From Cyanobacteriota bacterium (lineage in GTDB: Bacteria; Cyanobacteriota; Cyanobacteriia; Cyanobacteriales; Nostocaceae): a stretch of 64,000 bases of DNA. Where the stretch lies: positions 1 through 64,000 of the forward strand of contig JBJOKS010000009.1 in NCBI GenBank assembly GCA_046045965.1, read 5' to 3'. Under the pieces are notes generated by a model. It searched no databases. It was given only the letters and a program-made list of their open reading frames with translations, and was not told where the DNA came from. The translations under genes were made by a program, and so were the position numbers. Positions within the stretch are counted from its first letter, which is position 1. The number at the start of each line of letters is the position of its first letter. This document shows, piece after piece, positions 1-9,605 of this stretch.

Positions 1-204
1 CGATTTTTCGCACAGGTGTTTTTGTCAAGATGCTAACGCTACTAGATCAATTTTTAACTCTACTACTTTTTCGGACACTGCTTGTCTACCGGGAGAGGAA
101 AGTGTTTTTGTTTTGTGTATAAGCGCAGGTTATAGGGTACAGAGTTTATTTGTGTGGGGATGGAAGATTGGGATGTATCATCATTGATACAAGTTTAACA
201 TTTC

Positions 205-1505
205 TTAATAATACACAAAATTAGGTTGTTCTGCCAAATTTAGGTTATCCCCAACTAAGTTTAATAAGACTTCTGTAGCTACTGATTTTACTACATTGAT
301 ACTTACAGAATTTCCCAGTTGATAATAAGCTTTATCATCGTTTTCATGAAGTATAAAACTATCAGGAAATCCTTGCAGTCTTGCCGCTTCACGTGGTGTT
401 ATTCTCCTCACACGATTTTTATGATATACTCCCAGTCTATTTGCATCACTCGCAACTAGAGTTACTGCTATTTTTTGAGGATCTAAAAATTTATATACTT
501 CAAATGAAAAATTACCAGATACAGGTTTATATTTGCCGTCTATGATTTTTAGATATTTTTTAGATACTAAAGAATCAAGTATACTTTCAAGGTGGGGATG
601 TGCAAAAAATGTGGCAATTTGTTGTTGAGTTAAAAGTTTACCATCTTGATGGTTGCCAAATTCTTTGTTTCTCCTTTTTAATATAAAAAGATTCATCAAT
701 TCTATTTCTTCGTGGGTGCATCTTCCTCTCAATCCTAATTCCCATGAATGAATTGAGTTACCACCTCTATAATCAATTAATCTATATCCGTGTAACCGAT
801 TAAGATCATTATTCACAACTTTTTTTAAAGCGGCCACAAATTCTGGTGAACAATCATATTTATAATCAGGATTATCCTCTAAAATATCAGCAACTATTGA
901 ATGATGAGTTAAGGGATTTAGGAGACTAAGTTGTTGATATTCATAAGTATGAGAATCTTTTGGTCCCAAATCTGATACTAAGTTAAACTTAGGTTTTTTA
1001 GCTAAACACCCAACTAAATAAACTCTGACTCGATTTTGCGGAAGTCCAAAATTAGCACTATTTAGCAGAAATATATCAAAGCTATAGCCTCTACTCTGCA
1101 TTTCATATTTGAGAGTTTCTAAAGTTTTGCCATTATCATGGGTTTGTAAACCTCTAACATTCTCAAAAAGAAAAGCCTTGGGTTTATATGTATCTAACAG
1201 TCTTGTTATTTCAAAAAACAATGTTCCTCTAGTATCCCCAAATCCTTCTTTCTTCCCTGCATAAGAAAAGGACTGACAAGGAAAACCAGCAAGAAGCATT
1301 TCATGTTCTGGTAGTTTTGATATTTCTTTAATATCACCTTGAGGCAGTTCTGAAAAGTTTTTTTATATACTAATCTAGCATCAGCGTTGATTTCACTACT
1401 CAATACACATTCTGTTTCTAAATTCAGAGAATGTGCGGCTTGTTCAAATGCTAACCTGATACCTCCAATACCTGAAAATAAGTCTATAAAACGGATCTTG
1501 TTCAT
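205..1505 (-). pseudogene. C5 DNA cytosine methyltransferase (M.BanI-like), split by a 1-nt frameshift
   Basis: ORF 1206..1505 carries motif I (FIDLFSGIGG). ORF 205..1299 carries motif IV (AGFPCQ), VI (FENVRGL), VIII (QNRVRVY) and IX/X (TPREAARLQGFP, YQLGNSV). Adding one A to the A7 run at 1358-1364 joins them as VYKKNFSELPQGDIKEISKLPEHEMLLAGFPC. Confidence 0.9.
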
Positions 1506-1556
1506 TTTTAAAGTTTTAATTGATTGATGTCTACTTAGTAATAGTACAGTAATAAA

Positions 1557-2651
1557 TTAGCTATTCAAGAAAGATTTTATAAATTCACAAAGAATATTTA
1601 ACTCACTTTTAGTAAATGCTACAGTACAATGACTATGTGAACAAATGTTTACAATTGCACTTTGTCTTTCAAAATTTCCTGCTCCGTCTATTACATAGGC
1701 AATTTTGTGTCCAGCAGATTCAATTTGCTCATATCTAGATTTTGCTTGACCACCTTTTCTTTCTATCACACTATTTGTAGTTACCTGGAAACTCACCTCT
1801 ATCGCAACATAATGAGTATTTTTATTCACCACTATATCAAAAGAAGTTTGTCTGCCTGTAGCCTCATCTGTATGAGTTACATGAGGTAATCTCCCTCCTA
1901 TTGTAATTACAGCGTCACTGTCTGTAATCTCATTCTTTATGTATTCAGCTACATATTTCTGGGCAATTTGTCCCAGGGTGTTAGATTTTGCACCACCAGT
2001 TATTCTACTAACGTAAATATAACGTTGTTTAATAAATTTATTTAATTCTTCAGGTCTTCCCAACAAGGAACCAACTTCGCATCTAGCTAATGTTGTAGCG
2101 GTGTCTTGATCATTTTCACTGCTACTGTAATAACTATTGCCAAATAATAGTAAAGCTATAGCATCTTTTTGTAAGTCGCTTAATTTATTAATAGAGATAT
2201 TTTCCTGGTTGGTATTGTTTTGAAAAACCAGGTCTTCACTACGTATTTTTAAAGACTGATTGCTAAATTTTGGATTGTGTTTTTTCGTTTTTTTGTTAAA
2301 AGTTTTAAATTCATAATTTTTCTTTTGACCTTGCCAATAATATATTAGTGACCCTTCAGGAAATAAATTAATAACCTCATTACTTACTCGCTTGAGCATT
2401 TCACCACCAAAATCGGACAGTATAACTAATTGTTTCAGAAATAAATTAGCACTTAAATCTGAAGATTCAATAATTATAAATAATTTTTCAATATCACTAA
2501 CAGGAACGCTTAGAATACTTGTAAATTTATCTTGCGTGTCCAGAAGAAGTGGTATAACACTTAATTCTGCTTCTTGTTCTGAAAGCTCTATAGGCTAAAA
2601 TTTAGCAGCCAAACTTTCAAGTTCTGTAAAAGTTCTACCATAAAAAGTCAT
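1557..2651 (-). pseudogene. Type II restriction endonuclease, BanI/HgiCI-like, with an in-frame TAG at codon 19
   Basis: The frame of ORF 1557..2399 extends to an ATG at 2651 (MTFYGRTFTELESLAAKF*PIELS...) with one stop at 2595-2597. Blocks RYIYVSRITGG, SFQVTTNSVIERKGGQA and YVIDGAGNF match R.BanI as I recall it. Adjacent to the MTase. Confidence 0.8.
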
Positions 2652-2789
2652 CTTGCTAAGTAAGACTAATAAGTAATATTATACTGTATTTTATTGTCTT
2701 ATTGAACCCCAATCAATAATAGAAAAATTTATTTACAAATCCCTACACCACACACCCAAATCCTTTTTTACACCACAACGCGAAGAAAT

Positions 2790-3611
2790 CTAAACCTTTC
2801 TCATGACTTGAAAAGCTGAGATATATGTCAGGTCAATACTTCCCCGATAAAGCTCATCAATTTTATCCCGTAAACCATTAAATAACGCATTTCTAATTGC
2901 AGATTGCAGTTTTAAATATGGAGAAAGTGTACCCAAAAGTAGCAAGTAATCATCAACATTATAAGTTACTTTACATATAACATAATCAGAAACTAAATCT
3001 TTAAATTTACCAGAATTAACGGCTTTTTCTCCAAAGGAGTGAACTATTCTTTCTTGAGTTCGGCTGTCTTCATATCTAGCAGAAGATGGAGCATGAATTT
3101 GATAAACCTCATGTAAATTTTGGTATACTTCATAATCAGGTTGCGGTGTCATATTCCACAACAAAATCAAAGCTCCGTCATCCTGTAAAGCATCAGCGGC
3201 TTTTATATAAGCTGTTTGCGGGTTCATCCAATGAAAAGAAGTTGCTGCTAAAACAGCGTTAAATTTCTTTGGTGTTAATTTCCATTCTTCAAAAGTAGTT
3301 TGCTGAATTTCTACATTTGGATATGCTGCACAGTTTTTTATAGCAAATTGACAAGCTGCTGCACTCGGTTCTATACATACCATTGAAAAGCCTAATGGAG
3401 CAAAAGACACGGTTGCATTTCCTGGTCCACATCCTAATTCAAGGATCTTACTTTCAGGTTTAAGTTGAACTACTTCTATAGCACCATTAATAATTTTTTG
3501 GGGATAATGTGGTCTAACTTTGTTATAAGCAGCAGCTACAGGTGAATACCAGTTTTTTCTCTGTTCTAAGTCTTGGGGATATGAATTTTTAATGGGTTGT
3601 AATTCTTCCAT
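2790..3611 (-). CDS. Class I SAM-dependent methyltransferase
   Basis: ILELGCGPG SAM-binding motif and AATSFHW; 273 aa. Confidence 0.85.
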   Translation of the reverse strand: MEELQPIKNSYPQDLEQRKNWYSPVAAAYNKVRPHYPQKIINGAIEVVQLKPESKILELGCGPGNATVSFAPLGFSMVCIEPSAAACQFAIKNCAAYPNVEIQQTTFEEWKLTPKKFNAVLAATSFHWMNPQTAYIKAADALQDDGALILLWNMTPQPDYEVYQNLHEVYQIHAPSSARYEDSRTQERIVHSFGEKAVNSGKFKDLVSDYVICKVTYNVDDYLLLLGTLSPYLKLQSAIRNALFNGLRDKIDELYRGSIDLTYISAFQVMRKV

Positions 3612-3734
3612 AATTTATGATAGAATTAAGGTATTTGAAAATTTAAAAATTACGTCATAATTTTAGCCTTACCATTACTAATGTATCAGATAAATTTCTA
3701 AAAATAAACTTAAAATCAGTACACTTAAGTAAAA

Positions 3735-6700
3735 ATGCTGTTACCGACAACTGCTTTGAGCCAAACTGAATTAAAGTCGGCTATCGTTCGTAACCCGCTA
3801 GTAGTGACAGCGGATATAACGTTTATGGCAGCGATCGCCCAAATGAGCGGTGTACGATCAGTTTGTTCAGTTTCCCAAACCACTGATAGCCAACTGGATA
3901 AATTACAAATAGAAGCGCGTTCTAGTTGTGTCATAGTTGTAGAAAATAATCAACCCATAGGCATTTTTACAGAAAGGGATGTAGTACGACTCAGCGCCCA
4001 AAAACGAAATTTAGACAATTTAACCATGTCCGATGTCATGACTCATCCTGTCCTCACCTTGCGGGAATCGGAATTTACGGACTTCTTTTTTGCCGTTAAT
4101 CTCCTCCAACACCACCGCATTCGCCATTTACCAGTGGTTGATGAGCAAAATCAACTGGTGGGAATACTGACTCATGAAAGTTTGCGGCAAAAATCACGGC
4201 CAGTAGATTTATTGAGATTGCGGCTTGTGAATGAAGTCATGACGAGAAACGTGATTTGTGCTACTCCTGATATTTCCATATTAGCGATCGCTCGCTTAAT
4301 GGCAGAAAATCGTATTAGTTCTGTGATGATCGTGGAAACACAGGAATCATTAACAATTCCCGTTGGCATTGTAACAGAGCGTGATATTGTTCAGTTTCAG
4401 GCTCTAAACCTGAACTTTGAAACCTATCTAGCCGCAGATGTGATGAGTACACCTGTTTTCTGTGTCAATGCTCATGAATCTCTATGGATTGTACAGCAGA
4501 TCATGGAGCAACGATTGATACAGCGGTTAGCGGTGACAGGAACAAAAGGCGAATTGTTAGGCATCGTTACCCAAAGTAGCATTTTACAAGTTCTTAATCC
4601 CTTAGAATTATATAAATTAACGGAAGTATTAGAAAAAAAAGTATTGCAATTAGAAGCTGAGAAAATAGAATTATTAGAAAATCGCAATGTTGAACTAGAA
4701 CAGCAAGTAGACGAGCGAACTATTGCACTCAGGAAAAAAGTAGAACGAGAACAGTTAATTACTAAAGTTGCAGCTCAAATTCGCTCATCTTTAGATTTAC
4801 AAGAAATTCTCAATACGACAGTTACAGAAATCAGATCACTGTTGAAATGCGAGCGCGTGATCATTTATCAATTCCGTCCAGACTTTAGTGGTACAGTGAT
4901 CGCCGAATCTATAGGTAAAAGTGGAATTTCTGTTCTTCATAGCGAGCCTAATGATCCCTGTATTACCCCAGAATGGCTGGAACCTTACCGCCAAGGTCAG
5001 ATTCGGGTAATTAATGATATCTACTCCGAATTTATGACTCCGTGCCATCAAGAGATGTTAATAGGGTTTGATATTCGTGCTAAACTCATGGCTCCCATCG
5101 TCGTCGAAAATCAACTTTGGGGATTGATGTTAACAAGTTACCGCGATGCTCCCCACAATTGGGAACTTGATGAAATTGAACTGGTGCGGCAACTATCAAT
5201 TCAAGTTGCAATTGCTATTCAACAGGCAAACTCTTACCAACAGGTACAAATTGAACTCAGGCAACGAGAACAAGCAGAATTAGACCTTTATCAACTTAAC
5301 CAAGAACTAGAAGCCAGGGTACAGCGCCGCACAGCCGAACTGCGTAACCTTTCCAGTCGATTAGAACTAGCAGTCAAATCCGCAAAAATTGGCATTTGGG
5401 ACTGGGATATAGTCAATGATCGCATGATTTGGGATGAGCGAATGTATAAACTCTATGGAGTCAAAGCATCAGAATTCCTTGGTGCAGTTGAAGCTTGGCA
5501 AGCGGGTTTACATCCAGATGATGCTGCCAATGCTAATGAAGTGCTACAGCAAGCAATTAGGGGTGAAAAAGACTTTGATCCTGAATTTAGAATAGTCTTG
5601 CCAGATGGGAAAGTCCGCATCATCCAAGCTTATTCCATCGTTCAGCGCAATTCCCAAGGGGAAGCAGAACGGATGATCGGTGTGAATATTGATATTACAG
5701 AACGCAAACAAGCAGAACAAAAAATTAAGCAACAAGCAGAAAGAGAACATTTACTGCTAGAGACAACCCAACGTATTCGTGAATCTCTTGATTTGGCAAC
5801 TATATTTAATACGGCTACTCAAGAAATACGACAATTAATAAATGCAGATCGAGTAGGAATTTTTAAATTTGATCCTGACAGTAATTTTAACGATGGTGAA
5901 TTTGTTTCCGAATCTGTAGTTACTGGTTTTAATTCTGTCCTAGAAGCTAAAATTCATGACCATTGTTTTGGTGAACAATATGCTCCCTACTATCAACAAG
6001 GGAGAATACAAATAGTAGATGATATTTACAATGCCGGACTTACAGACTGTCATCGTGATGTTTTAGCACAATTTCAGGTGCGAGCTAATTTAACCGTTCC
6101 ATTACTACAGGGAAAAAATTTATGGGGTTTGCTGTGTATTCATCAATGTTCTGAAACCCGTCATTGGCAAGAATTTGAAATTGAACTTGTTAAACAAATA
6201 GCTAACCAATTGGCGATCGCCATTCAACAAGCAGATCTATTTGAAAAATTACAGTCAGAACTAATTATTAGAAAGCAAGCTGAAAAAGCAATTGCATTGC
6301 AACTACAACAGCAAAAAATTATTCGAGAAATTACCCAAGAAATTCGCTCTACCTTAGATTTAAAACAGATTTTAGCCACTGTCACCCAAAAAGTGCAAGA
6401 ATTAATGCAAGCTGATCGGGTGATTGTGTTCCGTCTGTTTGCTGATGGTAGAAGTAAAATAGTCGAAGAAGTTGTTAATAGTGATTATGTGGCATTGAAA
6501 GATCGTCAATGGGAAGATGAAACATGGTCACAAGATATTTTAGACTATTACTGGCAAGGAAAACCCAGAATTGTGCCTGATGTGATGAACGATATCTGGA
6601 CAGATTGCTTAGTAGAATATTCCATAGAAGGAAATATCCAATCGAAAATTGTCGCTCCCATCTTGCAGGAACTGGGAGACAATGAAATCATCGGACGCTG

Positions 6701-7580
6701 GGTAAATGCTCCTAATAATAAACTATGGGGTGTGTTAGTTGTTCATGCCTGTAGTACAAAACGTATTTGGGAAGAAACAGAAGCCCAATTATTGCAACAA
6801 ATAGCCAACCAATTAGCGATCGCCATTCAACAATCAGATTTATTTTATCAACTACAAACCTCACTAGCAAAAGAAAAAGAAATCAGCCAAATGCGATCGC
6901 GCTTCATTACTATGGCATCCCATGAGTTTCGCACACCATTAGCCATTATTTCCTCATCCACAGGCATTTTACAAAACTTTAGCGATCGTCTGAGTGCAGA
7001 AAAAAAGCAGGGACACCTAGATACTATCCAAAAAACCATCAAGCACATTGTCCAGCTTCTAGATGATGTTCTCATGATCAACCGTGCTGAAGCTGAGAAA
7101 ATGGAATTTAAACCGCAAGCATTAGATATAATTGCCTTCTGTCGTCGTCTCAAAGATGAAATAGAAGGTACTAGCAGCACACATAAAATCGAATTTGTCT
7201 TGAAAACCAGCCATCCCATATTAGATGATACTTTCATTGTAACATTTGATCCAAAAATTATCCGCCAAATTCTCACTAATCTCCTCAGTAATGCTATTAA
7301 ATATTCTCCGGAAAATAGCGTAGTTAATTTTAGTTTTATTATAGAAAATGACCAATTAATCTTTAAAATCAAAGATGCTGGTATTGGTATTCCTAAAGAA
7401 GATCAAGTAAATTTATTTTCATCCTTTTATCGAGGTTCTAACGTGGGTACTATTTCTGGTACAGGTTTGGGTTTGGTAATAGTAAAAAGATGTGTTGATC
7501 TGCACCAAGGGCAAATTACATTAGATAGCGAAGTAGGACAGGGAACAACATTTACAGTCATTATTCCTAGTAATTTTTAG
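3735..7580 (+). CDS. Multi-sensor histidine kinase: CBS x4, GAF, PAS, GAF, GAF, HisKA, HATPase (cyanobacteriochrome photoreceptor)
   Basis: CBS motifs (GIFTERDVV, GIVTERDIV). GAFs with DPCI...CH, DHCF...CH and DETW...CL. PAS (GIWDWD...LHPDD). H-box ASHEFRTPL, N-box NLLSNAIKY, G-box GTGLGL. Confidence 0.92.
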   Translation: MLLPTTALSQTELKSAIVRNPLVVTADITFMAAIAQMSGVRSVCSVSQTTDSQLDKLQIEARSSCVIVVENNQPIGIFTERDVVRLSAQKRNLDNLTMSDVMTHPVLTLRESEFTDFFFAVNLLQHHRIRHLPVVDEQNQLVGILTHESLRQKSRPVDLLRLRLVNEVMTRNVICATPDISILAIARLMAENRISSVMIVETQESLTIPVGIVTERDIVQFQALNLNFETYLAADVMSTPVFCVNAHESLWIVQQIMEQRLIQRLAVTGTKGELLGIVTQSSILQVLNPLELYKLTEVLEKKVLQLEAEKIELLENRNVELEQQVDERTIALRKKVEREQLITKVAAQIRSSLDLQEILNTTVTEIRSLLKCERVIIYQFRPDFSGTVIAESIGKSGISVLHSEPNDPCITPEWLEPYRQGQIRVINDIYSEFMTPCHQEMLIGFDIRAKLMAPIVVENQLWGLMLTSYRDAPHNWELDEIELVRQLSIQVAIAIQQANSYQQVQIELRQREQAELDLYQLNQELEARVQRRTAELRNLSSRLELAVKSAKIGIWDWDIVNDRMIWDERMYKLYGVKASEFLGAVEAWQAGLHPDDAANANEVLQQAIRGEKDFDPEFRIVLPDGKVRIIQAYSIVQRNSQGEAERMIGVNIDITERKQAEQKIKQQAEREHLLLETTQRIRESLDLATIFNTATQEIRQLINADRVGIFKFDPDSNFNDGEFVSESVVTGFNSVLEAKIHDHCFGEQYAPYYQQGRIQIVDDIYNAGLTDCHRDVLAQFQVRANLTVPLLQGKNLWGLLCIHQCSETRHWQEFEIELVKQIANQLAIAIQQADLFEKLQSELIIRKQAEKAIALQLQQQKIIREITQEIRSTLDLKQILATVTQKVQELMQADRVIVFRLFADGRSKIVEEVVNSDYVALKDRQWEDETWSQDILDYYWQGKPRIVPDVMNDIWTDCLVEYSIEGNIQSKIVAPILQELGDNEIIGRWVNAPNNKLWGVLVVHACSTKRIWEETEAQLLQQIANQLAIAIQQSDLFYQLQTSLAKEKEISQMRSRFITMASHEFRTPLAIISSSTGILQNFSDRLSAEKKQGHLDTIQKTIKHIVQLLDDVLMINRAEAEKMEFKPQALDIIAFCRRLKDEIEGTSSTHKIEFVLKTSHPILDDTFIVTFDPKIIRQILTNLLSNAIKYSPENSVVNFSFIIENDQLIFKIKDAGIGIPKEDQVNLFSSFYRGSNVGTISGTGLGLVIVKRCVDLHQGQITLDSEVGQGTTFTVIIPSNF

Positions 7581-7620
7581 CATCAAAAAACTTCTCCTGC
7601 AAATTCTATTTCTTATTTTT

Positions 7621-7723
7621 TATAGCCATAGACAGAGTAGTTAGAACATCAATGAATCATGAAACTCTCTTCTCTCCCCAATAGGGTTTTACTCCTGACT
7701 CCTGACTCCTGACTCCTGCTATA
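7621..7723. mobile_element. Miniature element with TATAGC...GCTATA ends and an internal (ACTCCTG)4 repeat
   Basis: 6-bp inverted ends and a heptamer repeat at 7691-7718. Same layout as the element at 16360-16495. Confidence 0.5.
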
Positions 7724-9434
7724 ATAAAAACTCTTTCAATTCTTTTAGTGGTAAAGGAGGACTATAAAAATAACCTTGGACTATAATATTAGAATCATTT
7801 TTCATTAACCAAGCTAACTCATTTTTTGTTTCTACCCCTTCAGCAATAATATTAAGATTAAGATTATTAGCAGTCTGAATTATACTTTTGACAAGCACCT
7901 GTTTAGTTGTCAACTTGTCAATATTACTGATAAAATAACGATCTATTTTCAGATTATGAAAAGGAAATTCTTGGAGATATTTAAATGATGAATAACCAGT
8001 ACCAAAATCATCAATTGATATTTTAATTCCCTGATTGCTTAATTTATTCAATTTCTGCTTAACTGATTCAATATCGTGAATAAATACCGTTTCTGTCAGT
8101 TCCAACTCTAATGATTTAGGTGTAATACCTATTTTTGTAATAATATCAATAATTGTATCATTGAAATCTTCTGTTTTCAACTGACAAGCAGATATATTAA
8201 CAGCTATACTAAAATCATTAAAGCCTTGATCTTGTAAAGTTTTAATTTGTGTACAAGCTGTTTTAATGATCCATTCTCCCAAGATAATAATAAAACCAGA
8301 CTCTTCAGCAATGGGAATAAATTCTGCCGGAGAAATCATACCATATTCGGGATGTTGCCAACGGATTAATGCTTCTATAGAAACTACTTTTCCTGTTTGA
8401 GCATTTACTTGAGGTTGATAATAAAGCTGAAATTCATTTCTTTCTAAAGCTTGACGTAAATCTGTTTCTAAAATAACCTTTCTGAAAAAATTATCTAATA
8501 TTTCTTGATTATAGAAATGATATAATTTTGTATCTTCTGGTTGATAATGTTCGAGCGCAAATTCAGCATAAGTTAGTAACTGACTGAGTTGTAGTCCATC
8601 AAGGGGATAACAAGCAATGCCAATTTTCGCCTTCAAAAATACTTCAAGGTTATTGAAAAATAAAGGTTGTGAGATATTGTCTAAAATTTGTTGAGCAATA
8701 TCAGCAACAATTTTAATATCTTGAGTAGGTTTCAACAACATAACTAATTGTTCAGTTTTTAAATGCCCAATTAATTCAATGAAATTATTTTGGGAATTAA
8801 AATTGTTTAATCTGACAACTAAAGCTTTGATAAATAAATGCTTCAAGCTAGTTTCCAGAAATAATTTATTACGGTAAAGAATATCTATATCAATCAGAAA
8901 CAGAGGTAGTGTTTGACATTGATTATAAACTTGAAGACGGATTTTATTAAAATGCTCCTCCAAAAAAAGTTTGTTAGGTAAACCTGTTAAACTATCATGA
9001 CGAGCTAAATATATAAATTCATTTTCTAAACGTTGAATTTGATTTATATATTCTTGAGTAACAACTTGACGTTTTTTAAATTGTGTTTTAATTGCTTGGA
9101 GGAGTTCAGAGGCTTCAAAAGGCTTAGTTAAGTAGTCATCAGCACCAAGTTCCATTGCTTGACGCAGATCACACCGTTCAGTTTTAGCAGTCAGAAATAT
9201 AAAAGGAATAGTTGCAGTGACTGGATCTTGACGTAATGTTTGAATGAGACTGTAGCCATCCAAACGTGGCATCATCACATCACAAATAATCAGATCCGGT
9301 TGATATTGTTCAACCATCTGTAAGCCCAACCAGCCATTTTCTGCCGTCATAGTCGAGAATCCTTCAATTTCGAGAATTTGCTGAATTAGTTCTCGCGTGA
9401 TGCAATCATCTTCAATGATCAAAATTTTCTTCAT
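7719..9434 (-). CDS. Response regulator with degenerate GGDEF and EAL domains (probable c-di-GMP phosphodiesterase)
   Basis: REC (ILIIEDD, CDVMMP, YLTKPF). HDSLTGLPN start of the GGDEF domain, with the signature replaced by LKTEQL. EAL (IEALIRW) and IDDFGTGYSS. Confidence 0.9.
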   Translation of the reverse strand: MKKILIIEDDCITRELIQQILEIEGFSTMTAENGWLGLQMVEQYQPDLIICDVMMPRLDGYSLIQTLRQDPVTATIPFIFLTAKTERCDLRQAMELGADDYLTKPFEASELLQAIKTQFKKRQVVTQEYINQIQRLENEFIYLARHDSLTGLPNKLFLEEHFNKIRLQVYNQCQTLPLFLIDIDILYRNKLFLETSLKHLFIKALVVRLNNFNSQNNFIELIGHLKTEQLVMLLKPTQDIKIVADIAQQILDNISQPLFFNNLEVFLKAKIGIACYPLDGLQLSQLLTYAEFALEHYQPEDTKLYHFYNQEILDNFFRKVILETDLRQALERNEFQLYYQPQVNAQTGKVVSIEALIRWQHPEYGMISPAEFIPIAEESGFIIILGEWIIKTACTQIKTLQDQGFNDFSIAVNISACQLKTEDFNDTIIDIITKIGITPKSLELELTETVFIHDIESVKQKLNKLSNQGIKISIDDFGTGYSSFKYLQEFPFHNLKIDRYFISNIDKLTTKQVLVKSIIQTANNLNLNIIAEGVETKNELAWLMKNDSNIIVQGYFYSPPLPLKELKEFLL

Positions 9435-9605
9435 TCGCTAAAGTTTAATTATTGGTGATAATTTAGATTATGAGTTGATTTTAATGTCTGAGTGTAGTGG
9501 TATGGCAATTCTAAATCTTAGGAACAATAGAAATTTGTGCAAATCCTCCCTAACTGACAGCTAAATGCTTACGATCAAAAAGAGGTTAATAGAAGAGCCG
9601 AAAAT

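Noticed and set aside
6848..7372. 174-aa antisense ORF and other short ORFs nested in long genes (e.g. 36226..36687, 14173..14538, 33238..33609)
   Set aside because: They lie fully opposite well-supported genes and have no motifs.
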